This document shows, piece by piece, positions 49,878 through 61,296 of a stretch of DNA of 64,000 nucleotides. Location: positions 372,001 through 436,000 of the forward strand of contig LSRY02000044.1 of the NCBI GenBank assembly GCA_001643675.2, read 5' to 3'. Both the position numbers and the translations under genes were made by a program. This DNA comes from Monocercomonoides exilis PA203 (lineage: Eukaryota; Protista; Preaxostyla). Numbering within the stretch: the stretch's first letter is position 1; each line of letters opens with the position of its first letter. The notes beneath the pieces are model-generated. The model was not told where the DNA came from and made no database searches. It was given only the letters and a program-made list of their open reading frames with translations.

Positions 49878-50399
49878 AATAAAAAAAGCATAAACATTAA
49901 CTTTATTATTAAAAATCACTCTGAAGTTGAATTTCAATGAAGAACATTATTATTATTGTTGTTGTTATGATATGTTTGAAGGATAATCTGCGCATTGAAG
50001 AGCATTGTCTGTTTAAGATAGAGAAATGATGATTCAGAGAAATTATATTTTTCTTTTCTTTTCTTTTTAATTTTTTTATTTTTTATGAAATTTCCAATGG
50101 CACAACATATATTATTTGTATTGTTTTTTTCTTTTGCTTTGTTCATGATTTGTGTGGTTGTTGTGCTTGAACTGAAAGTTATGGAATTTTTATGAAGAAT
50201 ATTACTATTATATGTTATTTTAGATTTCTTTTTAAGTGTTTTTTATTTTTGTGAGAAGTTTGTTAAATTCTCGAAATTTTCGATAATTTGACGAGCTTTG
50301 TTGAATCAGCAAATAAGCACGATGTGTAATTATTAATTCGAATGTTTGTACCAGTTGATTTTTATGTGCATGATGTTGTTGTAAGAGGGTGTTTTATCC

Positions 50400-52610
50400 T
50401 TATGTATGTTTGATGCTTGAGCGTTCATTTAATGATTTCGCTCCATTGTTTTGGAAATTTGTTGCTCATGTCACATTTTTTATTTTTCAAAGAATATTGG
50501 ATTGTCAATTTATACATAGAATATTGGTATTTTTAATAATTGTTTGCAAATTTTTGAAAATTAGTGAATTTCAATTGAACTATTTTTTTATAGATCTTAG
50601 TCAATTGCTCCATATGACACTCATTTTTTCAATGAAGAAGAAGAAGATGATGATGATGATGATGATGACGATGATTGAGAATAATGAGAAGGAACGATCA
50701 TTTACAGTACTCATTTCAGTTTCCTCTCATAAAATATGTGCTTTGTTCTATTCTTACTCTGCATTTGGGAAAGAAAGAGTTCAGAAATGCAATTAGCTCG
50801 ACTGTTGAGGAAGAAACCATCCTTCACCATTTTCTGTATTCCCCAATGAGAAATAAGCTCTATCATCTTCTTCAAATGCTTTCTCTGTCATATTTGACTT
50901 CTTTTCCCCATCATCATCTTTGATTTTTTCATGATTCGTTGTTTCGCAACTCTCATCGGACATAGCTAACACCTCTTCTTCTGTGCCACTCCTTGCTTCC
51001 GTTCAATCTTCAACATTTCCTTCCACTGTTCCTGTTGTGCTTGTTCTTCACTCCAAGAATGAATGATGTTGCTGTTGATAGCAGGCTTAGAGTCTTTTAG
51101 GAAGCAGGGCAGTACCGATGAAGCAATTAATAATCTATGTACTTTTTATTCAAAGTGTAATGTTTTTAGTTTCTATCAAGTGCTATTTCATTTCTATGGA
51201 ATCAACGGTAAGCAGCAGAAAGGCGCTCACATTCATAAACTGAGTAAGAGCACGTGAAGAAAGCATAATGAAAAGAATTTCTTGTGTTTATTGCATCAAT
51301 TGCGAACCTCTGAAAATTGCAGTGCACAATATTATTATTATATATGTTATATTGATAAACTTCTCGGAAACGTGCAGAAATCGAGGCAAACACATCGCCC
51401 TGTGCTGGATAAAGGCTAATTGCTCAAATGAAAGTGAATGAATTGAAATAGAGTCGGAAAAAAAATGAGGGAATATCAAGAAATGCAGCCGTCAGACAGT
51501 TTGACTGAAATGACAAAGATGATGATTTTGATGTGCATTTACTATAAAGTTAATGAATGTTGCATCGCTGCTGAATGAGGAAAAGATGAAATTATTTTTC
51601 CATTTGTCAACGGTAGAAATTGCATGAGAATAGATTTCATAGAATTTCCAAACATCAATAAAAATTTCTTGTTTTCCTTTCAAAAACAATTCTTTTGCAA
51701 TCTCAAAAATCAAAGACATATAAAATAGAATTTTGGTTTTGATGGTTGAAGAATTCATTGAGATTTCTAATTTCTATTATAAAAAACTAAAATTTCTTTC
51801 CTGTCATTCCGTTTCAAAGTTTTCGTAGCTGATTCTTCAACCGCCCTTTCAAAAGGTCTTTTCTCTCTTCAACTGTTTCGTTTTCTGGAACTTATGAAAA
51901 ATGAAAAATTAATATTTTTCTTTTCAATTCAATCTTTCACATTTAAAAGAATTCTGTTTTTCGTCAAATTTTTCAATCTCCAATATCAATCCAAATCTCT
52001 TTATCATGCACACTTCCCTTATGAATCTGCTGTCCCAACTCGATATTCTGTCTGGATAGTGAGATATCCAGCTTATATTCATTTCCATTCATTTCTGCTT
52101 GCTGCACTGAAAATAATACAAAAACAGTCTACAGACAAATTTTCAAAAATATACTCATAAATAAATACAAAGCTGCACTTCAACTCTTTTTCACTAACAG
52201 GTATTTCCCAAACCGCGGAGATACAAAAGTTTCATCGCAAAAGAAAATGATTCATCGAGATTGCTGGAAATTCTTCATCCAAAAATACAAATTCTACACA
52301 AACAAAAAGAAATGAATATTTTTTCCCCAAAATGATGCAATAACGTTCATAAATACAGTTGCGAATTTTGATTAGTTTTTGATAATTGGCTATTTCATAT
52401 ATTATTTTATTATGGCAAGAGATGTTCCAATGATTTCTATCAATTTCATGAACCTTGAATGAAGAAATATTTAAATAACAATAATAACAAACGCAAAAAT
52501 ATAAAATAATCTTTCCTCGAAATCCTGTATTTGGAATTAAAATGTGATTTTGACTTGAGCGAACAACATATTCAGATGCAAACACGTCATTTTCCTATTT
52601 ATTATCCATC
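50400..52610 (-). pseudogene. Decayed multi-exon gene of unknown function
   Basis: Coding-like minus-strand blocks with in-frame stops. ORFs 51492..51758 and 51288..51479 are in the same frame separated by one TGA. Other examples: MDNK*ENDVFASEY and EGNVED*TEARS. Confidence 0.4.
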
Positions 52611-52771
52611 TTTTAACTGCAAATTAATATTGATATTTCTAAAATTTTTTTCACCCCTTTTTAACATTCTCTTTGCATATATATATTTTTTGATCAATAA
52701 AACCAATTGATTTCCATTCTTATCTGAAGGAATTTTGAATTTGCATTTTCTTTGATTCTGACATCGATAAT

Positions 52772-53554
52772 ATGTCTGATGTTACTGTTTGAAGAGCGAA
52801 ATCATTACACCTGTTTTTTTAATTTTTATAAATTTTTTTTTAAACAATTTCGAAATATCACAAATTTTTGATTATTTTCCAGAATATTAACTGTGTTCTT
52901 ATTGGGGATGCAAGTTCTGAAAAGACGGACGTGCTAACATCATACAGGAAATTGAAGCTTCCAGATGACTATATAGCAACTGTTTTTGATTACTATGAAT
53001 CACAACAAGTTGTGGATGGAAAGACAGTGCATCTTAACTTTTGGGATTCAGCTGGAAAAGAAGAATACGATAGATTGAAATCTCTTGGCTTCCCTGATGC
53101 TGATGTTTTTATAATTTTCTTTTCAATTTCCGATCCAGTTTCTTTTCAAAATGTTGAAGTGAAAGTATTTTTTTTTTTTTTTTTGCTTGTTTCAGAGGAA
53201 AAAAATATTTTTGATTGAAAATTCAGTACATCCCTGAAATAAAGAAATTTATCGAAGGAATTCCAGTTATCATTGTGGGAACAAAGGCAGATTTGCGAGA
53301 ATCCCCTCCAGAAGGTGTAAAGTTGGTTCAGACGGAAGATGTTTGTTTTCCTTTATTTCTTTTTATAAATTTATTTCTTCTTCATAATTTAGGCTGAGCA
53401 AATGGTTGAACGTTTAGGGTTAACAGCGTACGTTGAATGCTCTGCAAAAGCACAGCAAAATTTGTCAAAAGTATTTGAATTGGCTGCTCATTATGTTCTA
53501 AAGAAAAATCAACAACAAGAGACAAAGAAGAGCGGCAAATGCACTATATTATGA
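52772..53554 (+). CDS. Rho/Rac-family small GTPase, atypical; exons 52772-52786, 52883-53164, 53227-53340, 53393-53554
   Basis: CVLIGDASSEKT, YIATVFDYY, WDSAGKEEYDRL, VGTKADL, YVECSAK and C-terminal CAAX CTIL. Confidence 0.9.
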
Positions 53555-53870
53555 ATGACATTATTCATTTGTTCCATTTTAGAGCGTTTTTGCAATTATT
53601 TTAAAGTTTAGAATTTGATTTATTTTTGAATACATTAGAATGTTATTGCTTTGAGTATTTTTTGTTCCAAATAACCATTTGGAGAAAAATTATCAAAGTA
53701 TAGTAATTTTTCTTTTCTTTTCTTTTCTTTTTCTTTTTCTTTTTCTTTTTCTTTTTCTTTTTTTTAATTGTTGTAATTGTTTATTTGATATTCTGAGATT
53801 AACTTTCTATTTTTTTAAAAAGATCATAAATCAAGTTTATATCCTGCAGCAGGCATTATGCAAAAAATAA

Positions 53871-53959
53871 AATTATAATTATAATTATAATTATAATTAT
53901 AATTATAATTATAATTATAATTATAATTATAATTATAATTATAATTATAATTATAATTA
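53871..53959. repeat. (AATTAT)n hexamer microsatellite, ~15 units
   Basis: Direct reading. Confidence 0.95.
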
Positions 53960-54179
53960 AAGATTAATTATATTCTTTTGTATGAATGAAATTAAAGTTA
54001 TTTTTAAATGTTGATTTAGTTCAGAAACAGTTTTTGATAATAGTTTTGTTAATTTTTTGATTGAAAAATGTATTTCATTTGACAGGAGAGATGCATATTT
54101 TTTCATGGTTATGCCACAACGAATCTTTAATGATAATTCGATTTTAATAAAAAATCGTAATTTATTTTGATAAAAAGAA

Positions 54180-54960
54180 AGCTTGGGATTCGTTTTTCAC
54201 TGTGCTGCGAGATGGAGTTCATTTGTATGTAGAATTCACAAAATAGAGAAAACGCGCAGAATGGAAGAAGAATACAGATATTGGATTTGTCCAAGATGCA
54301 GAAAATTCAAGAATTCCGATCATGAAGGAACAGTATTCGAAAATATGAAAAAGCCCCTTGGAATTACTCTGCTTGTTTAACTATATCTTTAGCAAAAATT
54401 ACAAATTTGGACTGTTTCAATTTTTTTATCTGTGAATAGAAAAACAATTTCACATTGGGCTAGTACAATGAGGTGCTCTTGCATGCGAATTTGAAAAAAA
54501 TCAGCACATAATCGGAGGAGATGGGAAGATTGTTGAGATAGACGAAGCAGTCTGGAAGAGATTGAAATACCATAAAATAAGAAAGAATAAGACAGAATGG
54601 ATTTCTGGAAGAGTCAAAAGGTTGGAATGTGGAGGAGCAGGTGACAGATTTGTGATGATAGTACCAGACAGAACCAAAGATGCACCAATTCCAATAATTC
54701 TGGGTCACATATTTAATTGACACAAAAATCAATTCTAAAAAATTGAAATCTTTCTTATAAATGAGTGAATTTGACTGTTAACATTAGGAAGTCTGCCACA
54801 AGCAGGAATTCTAATCAAAGAGAATAAGACTAACACAAACATTATTAATTGGATGTGGAAACATTTATGGTTATCTCTTTAAAAAAAACGAATTTTAAAA
54901 AGAGGATTTTGCCAATCAGATTGCATCGTTTTTGGTAATTTTTTCATATAAACTTTAGTC
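54180..54960 (+). mobile_element. Degenerate Merlin (IS1016/IS1595-family DDE) transposase relic
   Basis: Manual translation gives YWICPRCRK..GTVFENMK (54270-54350), IGGDGKIVEIDEAVWKRLKYHKIR..WISGRV..VPDRTK..IPII (54511-54717) and VCHKQEF..TNTNIINWMWKHL (54791-54870). Interrupted by stops and frameshifts. Confidence 0.8.
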
Positions 54961-55989
54961 CAAAGATGAAAAGAAAAATGAAATACTTTATAAATCTGAT
55001 GATTTGATTGAAGAATATAATGAAATAATTGAAGAAATAGACGAAGAGGAAATCCTGGTTGCAGAAGATTTGTGTGATTATTTTTGAAATCATTACTTTT
55101 TTCTGTGTGCTGTTTTTTCAAAGATGGTTTGTCTTTGAGAAGAGTTATGCATTCAAATGTTAAAATTCATCAAAAACATTTAAAAAACAAATGTTTCAAC
55201 CGAATGAAAGATGAAAATGACTATAATAGGCCTTTTCACTTTTCATTGTTCTTTTATATATATTCAAGAGAACCTTTCGAACGGATAATACTGAATGAAA
55301 AATTATGATTTCAAGAATAAATACACTGAATAATCGAGCATTTTTTCTTGATTTTTTATTTCTGTCTTTTTTTATAAAAAAATATATGGAAATGTTAAAA
55401 AATAATGGTATGAAGCAATCAAAAGTTCGGACCAAATTCCTGAATTTTTCGCAAATTCACTTTTTTTGTACCAATGGGAACAGCTTTGATAAAAAAACAA
55501 TCCAATATTTTATCACATGTTTATTTTTTCATAAATAGAAAAATTTCATGAAAGTCAACATTAATAAATGTTATTTTAATGATTGAAGAATTAACTGTTG
55601 TTTGAAAGTCAGTTGATTAAAAAAAGTTCACAATAAAAACAAAATAAATATTAAAACAATATTCATTTGTAAGTTTAAGAATTTTGTTGAACTCCGAATG
55701 TTCGCATTTGTCACATTACGAATATGTCATAACTGACTATTAAAAATTCAATTCATTTGTTAATTAAGGAGAACTGAATTGATAAAAAATGGTTAGATCA
55801 TCAGATCATTCATTTTTAGAGGTTTGCTACTGGCTGTTCTATTGGATTATTCGATCCATCTGTACTGTTTTATTAAATGATTTAATATCTATTATTATTA
55901 TTTATTAACATTATGTTATTTAATACTTATTTCTATTTTGGATCCAAACTCCATATATTCATATTACCTCTTTACTATCCCAATTGCAG

Positions 55990-58900
55990 ATGGCGCCTAA
56001 TTCAACAATCCTCATACTGAGGGTTCCTTCAAGTATCACCGAAAAGGATATTGTCCAATGTATTCAAGCACAATGTGGTGAAAATTCCATTGCACAGATG
56101 AATCCTCTTTATTTAAAAAGTACAAGTTCTTCTCCCACGTCACAAGTTGTACATCAACGAATTGTTTTGAAGACATCAGAAATGGGTTTGTTTTGCTATT
56201 TCAACAGCATTTTTAAAACAACCTTTTCAACAAAATATTCATTTCAAAAAATCTTGCTTCTAAACCAATCATCCAATAACTTTTGATTTTTGATTACTTT
56301 CAAAATTTCAGCTCAATCAATTGTATCAAAAAAGTTTCTTACAATTCAAGGAGTTGATTTGAATGTTGAATTTTATAGAGATCAAGCTGAGATTAAAGCA
56401 GCTGAAGAAGCAACTGTTGTTTCCATTGATGGATTGGATGGGGAAAGCGAAGATCAAGTTAGAGAAGCTTTTGAACGTTATGGACCAATCGAAAAAATAG
56501 AATTAAATGAAGCTAAAGAACAATGTATTTTTTCATATTTTGTATTTGTACATTCAGAGACTTTTTTGACATTTACGGGCTTATTCTTTTCTGATATATA
56601 AATGCTTTCTTAAAGCGTTTGTTACTTATAGAAATCCAGGGAGTGCATTTAGAGCACAAAAAGAGATTGATGACAAATTAATTGGAGAGCACTATGTTAA
56701 AGTTAAACTTGTTATTCCAGAGTCAGCAAATCAATCTTCTTCTCCTTCAGAAGGAAGCGACTCGTCAGAAGGACCTCTTCTTGCAGCAAACAAGCTGAAT
56801 GTTATAGTTAAAGGCACACCACTCACCGGGATGTCTGATGGGGCAGCTCTGGAGGAAGTGTGCAAGTCATTTGGTGCATGCACGCTGATGCTGAAGGACG
56901 ACATGCAACATCCTGATCGTCGTTTGGCGTTTGTCACGTTTGAGAGCGAAGAAGGTGCAGCAAAGTGCATCGAAGCAATGAATGGAAAGCCTCTTCCGGA
57001 GAGTGTTGTTGCTGTGCTGATGAAGAAGAGAGATGAAGAGCGTGCGAAACGAGGCGAGGAGAAGACGCAAGCTGAGGCGGAGGAGGAAGAGAAGATCAAG
57101 TCATCATCAGTGACAGTGGAGTATGTGAAGGAAGGGAAGAAGGCCTCACCCACATCATCAACATCATCGCCCGGTGCATCGTCGGCCTCAGCGTCGGCGT
57201 CTGCATCGGCATCAGCTTCATCCTCATCATCCTCTTCTTCTTCTTCAGCCACACCATTTGGCGCACCCCGAACACAGTCCGACTCTGGTATTATCGCGAA
57301 CGGGCTGTTTATTTCAGGCTTCAGCCGAGACGAGACAGAGGCGACGCTGCGACAGAAGCTGCGTCCGTACGGAAACGTGTCTTCGCTCAGGTTTACTGGA
57401 GCCTCTGCTGTGAGTGTTGATGGAAGGCCGAGCATGTGGAGGGCGACTGTGTTTATGGAGAACGAGAGGCAGGCGCAGGCAGTGATGACGCACGGGATTG
57501 AGAAGGCGCGTGTGCAGCAGTACAAGAGAAAGGAAGAGAGAGAGAAGGAGAACCAGCAGGCGCTGAGCTTTCAGATGATGCAGACGTGGATGGCGATGAG
57601 CCAGGCAGCAGCTCAGCAGAGCGGAAGAATGATGAAAGGACAGTCTTCGTATGCATTTTAGTTATTATTATTATTATAATCATTTTAAATATTGTGATTT
57701 CATTGTTTTCTTATTTATTTCAAAATTCTGTTTGAATTGAAATGCTTCAATGCATATTTTGTTGCATATTATCCGCTGACAACGACTTGTTAACATTTAA
57801 TCCGGAAAATTGATGACATATTTACAAATGAAATTGTGTGCTTTAATAAATATCATCTTATTTTTTTAATGATAATAATCTTTTGTATTTTTATTTTTGA
57901 CCATATCTCATATTATAATCTTATTTACTGTCTTCATTCCATCATTTGCATCTGTACTCATTCAATACTTATCTTTGTATTGGAACGAACTTCAACTTTC
58001 CACAAAAAATGGATTCATTTCTACCACAAATCACAATTACAATTACAATTCCATTCCATCAACCCAATTTCACATTCACCTCCAACAGTGATCGCTTCAG
58101 ATACTATCGCTCTGGCTATTCAGGAAGCGACATGCCGTATGGTTCAGACATGATGGAGCAGGAGCCAAGCTTCCGCGGCAGACAGCCCCGGATGCAAGGA
58201 GACAACCAGTTCTTCTTCTCACGTGCAGGGCAGATGCAGTCGCGGCCGATGAATGCGATGGGCGCGATGGGCGGAATGGGAATGATGGGCGGAATGAACA
58301 GCATGGGCCCGATGAATGCGATGAATCCGATGATGGCTGCTGGAGGAGCAGGCGCACAGCAAGGAATGCCTCTTATCTCACAGGCACCTCAGCCACGCGA
58401 TGCACGGGCGTATGGAGCGAATGCCGGAATGCGCAGAGCAGACGGGCAGATGGCACGCTATGGCACCGGAAGGAACCAGCCGATGGCACAGCCACGTGGC
58501 GGAATGGGTGGAAGGAGCAGAGAGCAGATGATGATGGCACAGCAGCACCAGATGGCTGGGAGAGCGATGGGACAACAACAACAGCAACAGCAAGGAGGAT
58601 ATCCAGGCACACAGAGACAGCAGCCAGTTGCAGGCGCAGGCAGTGCGATGTATCCGATGGCCCACTCGACAGCAGCAGCTATTCCGACAATTCCATCTGG
58701 CGCAGCTGTGTCTGCTCCTTCGGCAGCACCAGCAGCAGCACAGATGACACAGCCTGTGGTTGCTGCAGCACCTGCCCCAGCACCAGCAGCACCAGCAGAA
58801 GAAGGATTTGACATCAGCAATTTGAATGGATTGGACGAGAACGGACAGAGAGAAGCACTTGGCGAGTACATTTACTCGAAAGTTGAGCCTATCCATGGCG

Positions 58901-59028
58901 ATTTGGCAGGAAAGATCACAGGAATGCTGTTGGAGCTGGACCGATCCCAGCTCTACCCAATTGTACAGAACACATCCCTCTTAATTTCGCATGCAAGAGA
59001 CGCCGCTGCTCTGCTGAACATGCAGTAG
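55990..59028 (+). CDS. PABP: Poly(A)-binding protein-like (divergent RRMs plus MLLE); introns 56186-56311, 56525-56615, 57649-58088; possible extra 5' exon 55789-55821
   Basis: C-terminal MLLE REALGEYIYSKV...AGKITGMLLE, RRM-like segments (AFERYGPI, AFVTFESEEGA, LFISGF) and an M/G/Q/P-rich linker. Confidence 0.82.
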
Positions 59029-59409
59029 GAAAATGACTCGCAGCGGATCATGGGACAGATTGAGCGAAATGAAACAAAATAGAAGCTTATGCCATGTATT
59101 GGGCTAATGAATGGCACCGCCCCCAACTGTGCTGTTCACAACTTTTAAAACAAATCAAAAATATAATTGAATTTTTTATATTAAACAAATTGCATAAAGA
59201 TTGAAATATTTTTTAAATTTTAAGCAAAAGTTCACATTGAATTTGAAAAAAAAATTCTGATGCTTTAATTCACAAAAATAAGATGAAATTTAAACTGTTC
59301 TCAACTTCAAGTTGTTTTTTGTGGATTTTTTTGTAGCCCATATTTGACTTTTCATCCGTTTTGACAATTTTCTATTTGATTTTGGTATTTATCAAGTGAC
59401 TTTTATAAC

Positions 59410-61051
59410 ATGTCATCGAAAAGGAAACAAGAAAAAAAAGATGATTCAAAGTCAGGCAATTCAACACGTGGAAAAACTGAAGATCCTTCTGCAGCATCGC
59501 CTGAGATGATTGCAACCCATTTAAGCGAGCTGTACACAACGTGTTTGCGTTTTTTAAACTTAATCCTTTTTCGTTTAATTTATCTTTTGTTTTAAAACTT
59601 GTTTATTCGCATTAAATTCATTTTTCGATTTCAAAAATTCTTTTTATCTAAAATTTTGAATAGCTGATGGATCTTTGGCACATAGCGTTCTAACAATGTG
59701 TAATCTGGGAATAACTTCTATTGCATGCCTTTCAAAATATCAACATCTTAAACATATTGACCTTTCAAACAATAATATCACTGATATTACTCCTCTTTCT
59801 TCATCTTCAGTTGAATTGCTTTCATTGAATCTATCTCATAACAGCATAACATCTGCCAACATTTCTGCTAAGCCTGCCCTTCAACATTTTAATCTTGGCT
59901 ATAATTTAATAACGCATCTTGACCTTAACTCTTTTCCTCACATAAACCTTCGAACGCTTCATCTTGAGCACAACCAAATTACTCATCTCTTTGGACTTGA
60001 AAATCCTCTTTCTCGAATTAATTATATAAACGTGTCACACAACAATCTCAAGTCTTGTCGTGGCATTCCTCCAAACGTAACAAAAGCGAATGCTTCTCAT
60101 AATTCTATTTCTTCATTAGAAGGACTTTCCAAATGCGCTCAACTTCTTAACTTGAACCTCTCACATAACGCTATCACAACAGCAGGAGAGATAGATTTAT
60201 CGTGCATGCTCTCTCTTGTGGAGATCGATCTGTCATACAATGCTATTGATGATCCTTCGGGTTTGGGTGCATTGTCACAGTGTCCTTCACTGCGAAGGAT
60301 TCATCTGAAAGGGAATCCAATTATGCCTGAAGATGCATTTACAAAAAGAGATGGAGAAGAAAAGCTTCAAAGCTCGAGAGAAGAAGATGAAAGTGCGAGA
60401 GAGTTTTCTGAACAAGGAAACGAAGAAATTGAAGGAGAAAACGAATACAATGAAGAGCAGAAAGAACAGACAGAAGAACAAGGCGAAGAAAACACCGCAT
60501 TTGAAGAAGAAGCAGGAGACGAAGAATTGAAAGAAACGCGAAACGAAGAAGATACATCTTCAGAACTACCAACAATTCAACCACCAACATTTGCTTCATC
60601 ATCATCATCTTCTTCTTCTTCATCTTCATCTTCAACTTCAACTTCTTCGACAGCCTCATTAAACCCGTCCGGTGCAGCGCTGTCGCATCTGGATTTGTTT
60701 ACGCTGCGCATTTCGATTCTTCGGATGCTGCCTGCGCTCACGCACATCGATGGCATTGCAGTCAGCGGGGTGGAAAGAGCGTCTCTGCTGACACAAGGAG
60801 AAGAGAGCGAAGAGGAGAAGAGGATTAGACAGTTCGAAGAGATGAAAATGAAGAAGAAGAAGAAAGGGAAAAAGGACAACAGCGACGAGGGAATGAACTT
60901 AGATCGCCTGATGGATGAGATTGACAAGGAGATTTTTGAGAGGCAAAAAGAAATGAAAAAACAATTTGAAAGAGAAGACGCTGAGAGAAAGGCAAAGGAA
61001 GCCGCTGCAGCAGAAGAGGAAGGTGAAGAAGAAGAGGAAGGAGCGGAATGA
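59410..61051 (+). CDS. Leucine-rich repeat protein (SDS22-like LRRs, LRRC23/LRGUK-like) with acidic C-terminus; intron 59543-59663
   Basis: Repeated LxxLxLxxNxI motifs, LKGNPI and LRRcap-like ILRMLPALTHIDG. Confidence 0.8.
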
Positions 61052-61296
61052 AAAAATTTAACTTTATTCTTTTAGAGAAGATAAAGTCAACAATTATTGT
61101 GTTTTATCATGAATTTTCATCATTTCAACAATTTTTTTTATTAATTTCAATATTAAAGTATAATGATAAATTTATTGTTTCTATCTTATGGAGGAAAATT
61201 TTAAGATTAACAATCATTTTTTTCATATTGATCCAAATATTGATAAAGAAACCATAATTTGTTGAATTCCGTTTTATTGTTAAACATTACGCAAAA

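Noticed and set aside
50400-52610. Alternative genetic code (TAA/TAG = Gln) as an explanation of the in-frame stops
   Set aside because: Intact genes here terminate with TAA (PLC) and TAG (PABP, receptor), and many of the internal stops are TGA.
23838-53554. Apparent lipid-signalling cluster (phospholipase A, PLC, Rho)
   Set aside because: The genes are separated by unrelated loci, and there is no evidence of co-regulation.
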